From Azolla caroliniana (taxonomy: Eukaryota; Plantae; Polypodiophyta), in assembly GCA_043228905.1 (NCBI GenBank), contig JBHGNT010000250.1, positions 1-45,106 on the forward strand: a stretch of 45,106 nt of DNA, given 5' to 3'. Position numbers and translations under genes: made by a program. The notes beneath the pieces are model-generated. The model was not told where the DNA came from, did not search any database, and worked only from the letters and a program-made list of their open reading frames with translations. This document shows, one piece after another, positions 1 to 10,045 of the stretch; positions within the stretch are counted from its first letter, which is position 1, and each line of letters begins with the position of its first letter.

Positions 1-279
1 AGGCCTTATACATTAGCGGAGAAGAGGCACGCAATGATGGTCACCGCCATAACCAAGTGTCAAGGGAACGTCGTCAATGGGAAGAGGATGCCGAGCGAGA
101 GAGAGACAGTAAGCGAGCGCGAGGAGGACGAGCGCCGTTATCGCATGACCGGACGACAAGATGAGGAACAACGTCGTCGTTTCAAGGCCGGTGAGGAGGA
201 ACAACTTCTAAGCGTGGCAACCTCTCGCCTTCTCCAACAATGTGATCTTCGCCCACGCGCTTGTATTCGCCACTTTTAA
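1..279 (+). CDS. 3' part of a 2S-albumin-like storage protein gene copy (cut by window edge; apparent 1-nt insertion near 111)
   Basis: Ends ...LLQQCDLRPRACIRHF-TAA like the other copies. Reads gacagtaagcgag where the consensus is gacagtagcgag. Confidence 0.85.
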   Translation, partial: RPYTLAEKRHAMMVTAITKCQGNVVNGKRMPSERETVSEREEDERRYRMTGRQDEEQRRRFKAGEEEQLLSVATSRLLQQCDLRPRACIRHF

Positions 280-1403
280 AGAACGTACATTAACTTTTTC
301 AACTATACACTTTCTGAACATCGTAAATGTAAATGGTGTGCTCTGTGTGGTGTCTTGACGTTCTCATAACCCTCTCAATCATATTTCTCCCACGCTCGCG
401 CACAACACGCACGCACGCACGCACGATCAGGTCGCGTGCCCTCGCTCGCTCATTGCACAAGCAAAATGAAACTCCACGCACACATGATTAGGTAACGTGC
501 CCACACGCACACTACCCACTCCCACCCCTACCTATATCTATCTCTATCCATCTATCGCTATCTCTCTCACGAGCAACGCGAAACTCGTCAAACGTCGATG
601 CCATCACAATGTTGTATTGAAGCCACCCTCATACAATGCCGTGTCTCGCCGTACCATGATGTGCGCAATAGTAGTGGCTGATCGTAACTCCTACTACAAA
701 CATGATTCCACATGAAATTCCCATGTCTATCTACCATTTTCATCATCGTGTGAACCAACCAACCCACGCATGTTTCACCTAGAAATGTTGTCCTTGAATG
801 GTGCCACCTTCATATTCCTCCGGTGGTTGCAGCGTCCACAACGACGACGGATCTTGTAATCACAATGAAAACGCGTGTCGTCGTCCGTATGTTGGTCGCA
901 ATGGATTCTAAACCCCCTCGTGGCCACAACCACCGATAACGTTTTCGTGGAGAGAACCAACACCCTAAAAACCTTTTCTCACCACCTTATCCTCGTTTTA
1001 CGAGGCCCATACGCACTCTACAACCTCAATGGCATCACATGTGTAGGTGGCTATCATGAGGTTACATACTGTCTACGTTGCAATATGGACGAAGCGTCCA
1101 TAGGTTTAGTAGATTTGAAATGCCCAAGTGCATAATCCCACTCCTGGTGTGATGGAGGTGAGTATAGGGCTAGTGATATGGTAGGTCGAAGCAGGAGGAT
1201 CCTGGACACGTAAAGGGGGGTGGATAAAGTGAATGGTCTCTTCCGTGGCCCAAGTATGGATCATGCCATTAACGTCTATAGAATGGACGTGGGAAGGGAC
1301 ATGCATGTACTAGACATGCATGGCCTTGTGTATATAAGGGTGGATCAACCATGACACACTCAAATAGGCGGAGAGAGAACCGGGGTAGTTCCGAACACAA
1401 GCA

Positions 1404-2440
1404 ATGGCGAAGCTCACTATCATATTCCTCATGGCGGTTATCATGCTAGCCGCCTGCGGCGCGGCCAATGCTAGATCTGTAGGACGGGATCGCGAAGAGG
1501 AGAGGCGCGATCGACGTAGGGAGGAGGATGTCGACGAGGAGAGGCGCAGCGGACGTCGTGAGGGATCCATCGATGAGAGGCGCTACAGAGACAACAAGAG
1601 AGAGTCGGATGAGGACCGGGATCGTCGCAGTCACGATCGCGATGAGCCACGTGAGGAGAGGCGCGATCGACGCAGGGAGGAGGATTTCGATGAGGAGAGG
1701 CGCGGGGGACGTCGCGAGGGGTCCATCGAGGAGGGGCGCTACGGAGACAACAAGAGAGAGTCCGAAGAGGAACGGGATCGTCGCGGTCGCGATCGTGATG
1801 AGTCACGTGACGAGAGGCGCGATCGACGCAGGGAGGAGGATGTCGAGCAGGAGAGGCGCGACCGACGTCGTGAAGGATCCCTCGATGAAGGACGTCGCAG
1901 AAGACAACAAGAGAGAGTCCGAAGAGGAACGGGATCGTCGCGGCGCGATCGCGATGAGCCACGAGACCGAGAGTTGAGGCAAGAGTGCCAAAACTTCGTC
2001 GATAGGCAGGTCCGCCACCTACAAGAACGTAATGAGAAGGAAGAACGTGGACGAAGCCGTCGCACCTCTTGGGATGAAATCAGCCGATATGCAAGGCCTC
2101 CGAAAGATGCTGCAGGAACGTGGAACAAATCCCCGTAGAAGAGCGTTGCAACCGCCTCCGCGAGGCCTTATACATTAGCGGAGAAGAGGCACGCAATGAT
2201 GGTCACCGCCATAACCAAGTGTCAAGGGAACGTCGTCAATGGGAAGAGGATGCCGAGCGAGAGAGAGACAGTAGCGAGCGCGAGGAGGACGAGCGCCGTT
2301 ATCGCATGACCGGACGACAAGATGAGGAACAACGTCGTCGTTTCAAGGCCGGTGAGGAGGAACAACTTCTAAGCGTGGCAACCTCTCGCCTTCTCCAACA
2401 ATGTGATCTTCGCCCACGCGCTTGTATTCGCCACTTTTAA
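1404..2440 (+). pseudogene. 2S-albumin-like gene copy with three 1-nt indels (likely sequencing/consensus error rather than a true pseudogene)
   Basis: +A near 1901 (cgcagaagac), -C near 1943 (cggcgcgatc), -C near 2098 (aggcctccg). The ORF is split into 1404-2138 and 2120-2440 and otherwise matches the consensus. Confidence 0.7.
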
Positions 2441-3562
2441 AGAACGTACATAACTTTTTCAACTATACACTTTCTGAACATCGTAAATGTAAATGGTGTG
2501 CTCTGTGTGGTGTCTTGACGTTCTCATAACCCTCTCAATCATATTTCTCCCACGCTCGCGCACAACACGCACGCACGCACGCACGATCAGGTCGCGTGCC
2601 CTCGCTCGCTCATTGCACAAGCAAAATGAAACTCCACGCACACATGATTAGGTAACGTGCCCACACGCACACTACCCACTCCCACCCTACCTATATCTAT
2701 CTCTATCCATCTATCGCTATCTCTCTCACGAGCAACGCGAAACTCGTCAAACGTCGATGCCATCACAATGTTGTATTGAAGCCACCCTCATACAATGCCG
2801 TGTCTCGCCCGTACCATGATGTGCGCAATAGTAGTGGCTTGATCGTAACTCCTACTACAAACATGATTCCACATGAAATTCCCATGTCTATCTACCATTT
2901 TCATCATCGTGTGAACCAACAACCCACGCATGTTTCACCTAGAAATGTTGTCCTTGAATGGTGCCACCTTCATATTCCTCCGGTGGTTGCAGCGTCACAA
3001 CGACGACGGATCTTGTAATCACAATGAAAACGCGTGTCGTCGTCCGTATGTTGGTCGCAATGGATTCTAAACCCCCTCGTGGCCACAACCACCGATAACG
3101 TTTTCGTGGAGAGAACCAACACCCTAAAAACCTTTTCTCACCACCTTATCCTCGTTTACGAGGCCCATACGCACTCTACAACCTCAATGGCATCACATGT
3201 GTAGGTGGCTATCATGAGGTTACATACTGTCTACGTTGCAATATGGACGAAGCGTCCATAGGTTAGTAGATTTGAAATGCCCAAGTGCATAATCCCACTC
3301 CTGGTGTGATGGAGGTGAGTATAGGGCTAGTGATATGGTAGGTCGAAGCAGGAGGATCCTGGACACGTAAAGGGGGGTGGATAAAAGTGAATGGTCTCTT
3401 CCGTGGCCCAAGTATGGATCATGCCATTAACGTCTATAGGAATGGACGTGGGAAGGGACATGCATGTACTAGACATGCATGGCCTTGTGTATATAAGGGT
3501 GGATCAACCATGACACACTCAAATAGGCGGAGAGAGAACCGGGGTAGTTCCGAACACAAGCA

Positions 3563-4600
3563 ATGGCGAAGCTCACTATCATATTCCTCATGGCGGTTAT
3601 CATGCTAGCCGCCTGCGGCGCGGCCAATGCTAGATCTGTAGGACGGGATCGCGAAGAGGAGAGGCGCGATCGACGTAGGGAGGAGGATGTCGACGAGGAG
3701 AGGCGCAGCGGACGTCGTGAGGGATCCATCGATGAGAGGCGCTACAGAGACAACAAGAGAGAGTCGGATGAGGACCGGGATCGTCGCAGTCACGATCGCG
3801 ATGAGCCACGTGAGGAGAGGCGCGATCGACGCAGGGAGGAGGATTTCGATGAGGAGAGGCGCGGGGGACGTCGCGAGGGGTCCATCGAGGAGGGGCGCTA
3901 CGGAGACAACAAGAGAGAGTCCGAAGAGGAACGGGATCGTCGCGGTCGCGATCGTGATGAGTCAACGAGAGGCACGCAGAGTACTCGCAGGGAGGAGGAT
4001 GTCGAGCAGGAGAGGCGCGACCGACGTCGTGAAGGATCCCTCGATGAAGGACGTCGCAGAGACAACAAGAGAGAGTCCGAAGAGGAACGGGATCGTCGCG
4101 GCCGCGATCGCGATGAGCCACGAGACCGAGAGTTGAGGCAAGAGTGCCAAAACTTCGTCGATAGGCAGGTCCGCCACCTACAAGAACGTAATGAGAAGGA
4201 AGAACGTGGACGAAGCCGTCGCACCTCTTGGGATGAAATCAGCCGATATGCAAGGCCCTCCGAAAGATGCTGCAGGAACGTGGAACAAATCCCCGTAGAA
4301 GAGCGTTGCAACCGCCTCCGCGAGGCCTTATACATTAGCGGAGAAGAGGCACGCAATGATGGTCACCGCCATAACCAAGTGTCAAGGGAACGTCGTCAAT
4401 GGGAAGAGGATGCCGAGCGAGAGAGAGACAGTAGCGAGCGCGAGGAGGACGAGCGCCGTTATCGCATGACCGGACGACAAGATGAGGAACAACGTCGTCG
4501 TTTCAAGGCCGGTGAGGAGGAACAACTTCTAAGCGTGGCAACCTCTCGCCTTCTCCAACAATGTGATCTTCGCCCACGCGCTTGTATTCGCCACTTTTAA
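3563..4600 (+). CDS. Arg/Glu/Asp-rich 2S-albumin-like prepro-storage protein, 345 aa (N271; scrambled segment near 3965-3986)
   Basis: Full ORF with signal peptide MAKLTIIFLMAVIMLAACGAANA and Cys pattern C195, C236C237, C249, C334, C341. Local segment reads STRGTQSTRR instead of SRDERRDRRR. Confidence 0.85.
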   Translation: MAKLTIIFLMAVIMLAACGAANARSVGRDREEERRDRRREEDVDEERRSGRREGSIDERRYRDNKRESDEDRDRRSHDRDEPREERRDRRREEDFDEERRGGRREGSIEEGRYGDNKRESEEERDRRGRDRDESTRGTQSTRREEDVEQERRDRRREGSLDEGRRRDNKRESEEERDRRGRDRDEPRDRELRQECQNFVDRQVRHLQERNEKEERGRSRRTSWDEISRYARPSERCCRNVEQIPVEERCNRLREALYISGEEARNDGHRHNQVSRERRQWEEDAERERDSSEREEDERRYRMTGRQDEEQRRRFKAGEEEQLLSVATSRLLQQCDLRPRACIRHF

Positions 4601-4725
4601 AGAACGTACATAACTTTTTCAACTATACACTTTCTGAACATCGTAAATGTAAATGGTGTGCTCTGTGTGGTGTCTTGACGTTCTCATAACCCTCTCAATC
4701 ATATTTCTCCCACGCTCGCGCACAA

Positions 4726-4745
4726 CACGCACGCACGCACGCACG
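4726..4745. repeat. (CACG)5 microsatellite in the 3' flank; present in every unit and followed by a degenerate (CTAT/CTCT) tetramer tract about 110 bp downstream
   Basis: cacgcacgcacgcacgcacg seen directly, same length in all units inspected. Confidence 0.9.
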
Positions 4746-5189
4746 ATCAGGTCGCGTGCCCTCGCTCGCTCATTGCACAAGCAAAATGAAACTCCACGCA
4801 CACATGATTAGGTAACGTGCCCACACGCACACTACCCACTCCCACCCTACCTATATCTATCTCTATCCATCTATCGCTATCTCTCTCACGAGCAACGCGA
4901 AACTCGTCAAACGTCGATGCCATCACAATGTTGTATTGAAGCCACCCTCATACAATGCCGTGTCTCGCCGTACCATGATGTGCGCAATAGTAGTGGCTGA
5001 TCGTAACTCCTACTACAAACATGATTCCACATGAAATTCCCATGTCTATCTACCATTTTCATCATCGTGTGAACCAACCAACCCACGCATGTTTCACCTA
5101 GAAATGTTGTCCTTGAATGGTGCCACCTTCATATTCCTCCGGTGGTTGCAGCGTCCACAACGACGACGGATCTTGTAATCACAATGAAA

Positions 5190-5198
5190 ACGCGTGTC
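5190..5198 (+). promoter_or_regulatory. CE3-like ABA coupling element ACGCGTGTC (representative; one per unit)
   Basis: aaACGCGTGTCgtc matches the CE3 core known from the barley HVA1 and rice Osem promoters; about 530 bp upstream of the ATG. Confidence 0.45.
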
Positions 5199-5522
5199 GT
5201 CGTCCGTATGTTGGTCGCAATGGATTCTAAACCCCCTCGTGGCCACAACCACCGATAACGTTTTCGTGGAGAGAACCAACACCCTAAAAACCTTTTCTCA
5301 CCACCTTATCCTCGTTTTACGAGGCCCATACGCACTCTACAACCTCAATGGCATCACATGTGTAGGTGGCTATCATGAGGTTACATACTGTCTACGTTGC
5401 AATATGGACGAAGCGTCCATAGGTTAGTAGATTTGAAATGCCCAAGTGCATAATCCCACTCCTGGTGTGATGGAGGTGAGTATAGGGCTAGTGATATGGT
5501 AGGTCGAAGCAGGAGGATCCTG

Positions 5523-5657
5523 GACACGTAAAGGGGGGTGGATAAAAGTGAATGGTCTCTTCCGTGGCCCAAGTATGGATCATGCCATTAACGTCTATAG
5601 GAATGGACGTGGGAAGGGACATGCATGTACTAGACATGCATGGCCTTGTGTATATAA
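5523..5657 (+). promoter_or_regulatory. Seed/spore-maturation promoter module (representative; one per unit): ABRE, ABRE, RY, RY, TATA
   Basis: GACACGT (reverse complement ACGTGTC) 5523-5529; ACGTGG 5607-5612; CATGCATG at 5620-5627 and 5635-5642; TATATAA at 5651-5657, 73 bp before the ATG at 5724. RY plus ABRE is the established target combination of B3 factors (ABI3/FUS3/LEC2) and bZIPs in storage-protein promoters. Confidence 0.85.
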
Positions 5658-5723
5658 GGGTGGATCAACCATGACACACTCAAATAGGCGGAGAGAGAAC
5701 CGGGGTAGTTCCGAACACAAGCA

Positions 5724-6761
5724 ATGGCGAAGCTCACTATCATATTCCTCATGGCGGTTATCATGCTAGCCGCCTGCGGCGCGGCCAATGCTAGATCTGT
5801 AGGACGGGATCGCGAAGAGGAGAGGCGCGATCGACGTAGGGAGGAGGATGTCGACGAGGAGAGGCGCAGCGGACGTCGTGAGGGATCCATCGATGAGAGG
5901 CGCTACAGAGACAACAAGAGAGAGTCGGATGAGGACCGGGATCGTCGCAGTCACGATCGCGATGAGCCACGTGAGGAGAGGCGCGATCGACGCAGGGAGG
6001 AGGATTTCGATGAGGAGAGGCGCGGGGGACGTCGCGAGGGGTCCATCGAGGAGGGGCGCTACGGAGACAACAAGAGAGAGTCCGAAGAGGAACGGGATCG
6101 TCGCGGTCGCGATCGTGATGAGTCACGTGACGAGAGGCGCGATCGACGCAGGGAGGAGGATGTCGAGCAGGAGAGGCGCGACCGACGTCGTGAAGGATCC
6201 CTCGATGAAGGACGTCGCAGAGACAACAAGAGAGAGTCCGAAGAGGAACGGGATCGTCGCGGCCGCGATCGCGATGAGCCACGAGACCGAGAGTTGAGGC
6301 AAGAGTGCCAAAACTTCGTCGATAGGCAGGTCCGCCACCTACAAGAACGTAATGAGAAGGAAGAACGTGGACGAAGCCGTCGCACCTCTTGGGATGAAAT
6401 CAGCCGATATGCAAGGCCCTCCGAAAGATGCTGCAGGAACGTGGAACAAATCCCCGTAGAAGAGCGTTGCAACCGCCTCCGCGAGGCCTTATACATTAGC
6501 GGAGAAGAGGCACGCAATGATGGTCACCGCCATAACCAAGTGTCAAGGGAACGTCGTCAATGGGAAGAGGATGCCGAGCGAGAGAGAGACAGTAGCGAGC
6601 GCGAGGAGGACGAGCGCCGTTATCGCATGACCGGACGACAAGATGAGGAACAACGTCGTCGTTTCAAGGCCGGTGAGGAGGAACAACTTCTAAGCGTGGC
6701 AACCTCTCGCCTTCTCCAACAATGTGATCTTCGCCCACGCGCTTGTATTCGCCACTTTTAA
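5724..6761 (+). CDS. Arg/Glu/Asp-rich 2S-albumin-like prepro-storage protein, 345 aa (N271)
   Basis: Signal peptide; 3x52-aa charged repeat; ECQNFVDRQ ... PSERCCRNVEQIPVEERC ... LLQQCDLRPRAC fits the prolamin/2S Cys scaffold; intronless; good start context (gcaATGGCG). Confidence 0.9.
   Translation: MAKLTIIFLMAVIMLAACGAANARSVGRDREEERRDRRREEDVDEERRSGRREGSIDERRYRDNKRESDEDRDRRSHDRDEPREERRDRRREEDFDEERRGGRREGSIEEGRYGDNKRESEEERDRRGRDRDESRDERRDRRREEDVEQERRDRRREGSLDEGRRRDNKRESEEERDRRGRDRDEPRDRELRQECQNFVDRQVRHLQERNEKEERGRSRRTSWDEISRYARPSERCCRNVEQIPVEERCNRLREALYISGEEARNDGHRHNQVSRERRQWEEDAERERDSSEREEDERRYRMTGRQDEEQRRRFKAGEEEQLLSVATSRLLQQCDLRPRACIRHF
5820..6287 (+). repeat. Intragenic 3 x 156-bp (52-aa) tandem repeat (representative; in every gene copy)
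   Basis: Residues 33-84, 85-136 and 137-188 follow ERRDRRREED(V/F)..ERR..RREGS(I/L).E.R..DNKRES.E.RDRR..DRDE.R. Confidence 0.95.
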
Positions 6762-7884
6762 AGAACGTACATAACTTTTTCAACTATACACTTTCTGAAC
6801 ATCGTAAATGTAAATGGTGTGCTCTGTGTGGTGTCTTGACGTTCTCATAACCCTCTCAATCATATTTCTCCCACGCTCGCGCACAACACGCACGCACGCA
6901 CGCACGATCAGGTCGCGTGCCCTCGCTCGCTCATTGCACAAGCAAAATGAAACTCCACGCACACATGATTAGGTAACGTGCCCACACGCACACTACCCAC
7001 TCCCACCCTACCTATATCTATCTCTATCCATCTATCGCTATCTCTCTCACGAGCAACGCGAAACTCGTCAAACGTCGATGCCATCACAATGTTGTATTGA
7101 AGCCACCCTCATACAATGCCGTGTCTCGCCGTACCATGATGTGCGCAATAGTAGTGGCTGATCGTAACTCCTACTACAAACATGATTCCACATGAAATTC
7201 CCATGTCTATCTACCATTTTCATCATCGTGTGAACCAACCAACCCACGCATGTTTCACCTAGAAATGTTGTCCTTGAATGGTGCCACCTTCATATTCCTC
7301 CGGTGGTTGCAGCGTCCACAACGACGACGGATCTTGTAATCACAATGAAAACGCGTGTCGTCGTCCGTATGTTGGTCGCAATGGATTCTAAACCCCCTCG
7401 TGGCCACAACCACCGATAACGTTTTCGTGGAGAGAACCAACACCCTAAAAACCTTTTCTCACCACCTTATCCTCGTTTTACGAGGCCCATACGCACTCTA
7501 CAACCTCAATGGCATCACATGTGTAGGTGGCTATCATGAGGTTACATACTGTCTACGTTGCAATATGGACGAAGCGTCCATAGGTTAGTAGATTTGAAAT
7601 GCCCAAGTGCATAATCCCACTCCTGGTGTGATGGAGGTGAGTATAGGGCTAGTGATATGGTAGGTCGAAGCAGGAGGATCCTGGACACGTAAAGGGGGGT
7701 GGATAAAAGTGAATGGTCTCTTCCGTGGCCCAAGTATGGATCATGCCATTAACGTCTATAGGAATGGACGTGGGAAGGGACATGCATGTACTAGACATGC
7801 ATGGCCTTGTGTATATAAGGGTGGATCAACCATGACACACTCAAATAGGCGGAGAGAGAACCGGGGTAGTTCCGAACACAAGCA

Positions 7885-8922
7885 ATGGCGAAGCTCACTA
7901 TCATATTCCTCATGGCGGTTATCATGCTAGCCGCCTGCGGCGCGGCCAATGCTAGATCTGTAGGACGGGATCGCGAAGAGGAGAGGCGCGATCGACGTAG
8001 GGAGGAGGATGTCGACGAGGAGAGGCGCAGCGGACGTCGTGAGGGATCCATCGATGAGAGGCGCTACAGAGACAACAAGAGAGAGTCGGATGAGGACCGG
8101 GATCGTCGCAGTCACGATCGCGATGAGCCACGTGAGGAGAGGCGCGATCGACGCAGGGAGGAGGATTTCGATGAGGAGAGGCGCGGGGGACGTCGCGAGG
8201 GGTCCATCGAGGAGGGGCGCTACGGAGACAACAAGAGAGAGTCCGAAGAGGAACGGGATCGTCGCGGTCGCGATCGTGATGAGTCACGTGACGAGAGGCG
8301 CGATCGACGCAGGGAGGAGGATGTCGAGCAGGAGAGGCGCGACCGACGTCGTGAAGGATCCCTCGATGAAGGACGTCGCAGAGACAACAAGAGAGAGTCC
8401 GAAGAGGAACGGGATCGTCGCGGCCGCGATCGCGATGAGCCACGAGACCGAGAGTTGAGGCAAGAGTGCCAAAACTTCGTCGATAGGCAGGTCCGCCACC
8501 TACAAGAACGTAATGAGAAGGAAGAACGTGGACGAAGCCGTCGCACCTCTTGGGATGAAATCAGCCGATATGCAAGGCCCTCCGAAAGATGCTGCAGGAA
8601 CGTGGAACAAATCCCCGTAGAAGAGCGTTGCAACCGCCTCCGCGAGGCCTTATACATTAGCGGAGAAGAGGCACGCAATGATGGTCACCGCCATAACCAA
8701 GTGTCAAGGGAACGTCGTCAATGGGAAGAGGATGCCGAGCGAGAGAGAGACAGTAGCGAGCGCGAGGAGGACGAGCGCCGTTATCGCATGACCGGACGAC
8801 AAGATGAGGAACAACGTCGTCGTTTCAAGGCCGGTGAGGAGGAACAACTTCTAAGCGTGGCAACCTCTCGCCTTCTCCAACAATGTGATCTTCGCCCACG
8901 CGCTTGTATTCGCCACTTTTAA
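7885..8922 (+). CDS. 2S-albumin-like prepro-storage protein copy (N271)
   Basis: 345-aa ORF identical to the 5724 copy. Confidence 0.9.
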   Translation: MAKLTIIFLMAVIMLAACGAANARSVGRDREEERRDRRREEDVDEERRSGRREGSIDERRYRDNKRESDEDRDRRSHDRDEPREERRDRRREEDFDEERRGGRREGSIEEGRYGDNKRESEEERDRRGRDRDESRDERRDRRREEDVEQERRDRRREGSLDEGRRRDNKRESEEERDRRGRDRDEPRDRELRQECQNFVDRQVRHLQERNEKEERGRSRRTSWDEISRYARPSERCCRNVEQIPVEERCNRLREALYISGEEARNDGHRHNQVSRERRQWEEDAERERDSSEREEDERRYRMTGRQDEEQRRRFKAGEEEQLLSVATSRLLQQCDLRPRACIRHF

Positions 8923-10045
8923 AGAACGTACATAACTTTTTCAACTATACACTTTCTGAACATCGTAAATGTAAATGGTGTGCTCTGTGTGGTGTCTTGA
9001 CGTTCTCATAACCCTCTCAATCATATTTCTCCCACGCTCGCGCACAACACGCACGCACGCACGCACGATCAGGTCGCGTGCCCTCGCTCGCTCATTGCAC
9101 AAGCAAAATGAAACTCCACGCACACATGATTAGGTAACGTGCCCACACGCACACTACCCACTCCCACCCTACCTATATCTATCTCTATCCATCTATCGCT
9201 ATCTCTCTCACGAGCAACGCGAAACTCGTCAAACGTCGATGCCATCACAATGTTGTATTGAAGCCACCCTCATACAATGCCGTGTCTCGCCGTACCATGA
9301 TGTGCGCAATAGTAGTGGCTGATCGTAACTCCTACTACAAACATGATTCCACATGAAATTCCCATGTCTATCTACCATTTTCATCATCGTGTGAACCAAC
9401 CAACCCACGCATGTTTCACCTAGAAATGTTGTCCTTGAATGGTGCCACCTTCATATTCCTCCGGTGGTTGCAGCGTCCACAACGACGACGGATCTTGTAA
9501 TCACAATGAAAACGCGTGTCGTCGTCCGTATGTTGGTCGCAATGGATTCTAAACCCCCTCGTGGCCACAACCACCGATAACGTTTTCGTGGAGAGAACCA
9601 ACACCCTAAAAACCTTTTCTCACCACCTTATCCTCGTTTTACGAGGCCCATACGCACTCTACAACCTCAATGGCATCACATGTGTAGGTGGCTATCATGA
9701 GGTTACATACTGTCTACGTTGCAATATGGACGAAGCGTCCATAGGTTAGTAGATTTGAAATGCCCAAGTGCATAATCCCACTCCTGGTGTGATGGAGGTG
9801 AGTATAGGGCTAGTGATATGGTAGGTCGAAGCAGGAGGATCCTGGACACGTAAAGGGGGGTGGATAAAAGTGAATGGTCTCTTCCGTGGCCCAAGTATGG
9901 ATCATGCCATTAACGTCTATAGGAATGGACGTGGGAAGGGACATGCATGTACTAGACATGCATGGCCTTGTGTATATAAGGGTGGATCAACCATGACACA
10001 CTCAAATAGGCGGAGAGAGAACCGGGGTAGTTCCGAACACAAGCA

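Noticed and set aside
5403-5421. Hairpin TATGGACG-AAG-CGTCCATA as a Helitron 3' end explaining rolling-circle amplification
   Set aside because: The perfect 8-bp stem is real, but there is no CTRR terminus 10-12 nt downstream on either strand and no other Helitron sign.
4619-5769. Short spacer ORFs (60-77 aa) repeated in every unit
   Set aside because: They recur only because the unit is duplicated. They overlap microsatellites and promoter elements, and one is broken by the 5-bp duplication at 16398.
5630-6517. Overlapping alternative-frame and antisense ORFs (149, 152, 163, 86, 71, 62 aa) in each unit
   Set aside because: By-products of a GC-rich repetitive CDS that lacks stops in other frames; no recognisable motifs or promoters.
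5724-6761. SR/RNA-binding, trichohyalin-like or vicilin-type protein
   Set aside because: The similarity would be compositional only. There is a signal peptide, no RRM, no cupin domain and no CxxxC hairpin motifs, and the Cys spacing plus RY promoter fit 2S albumin better.
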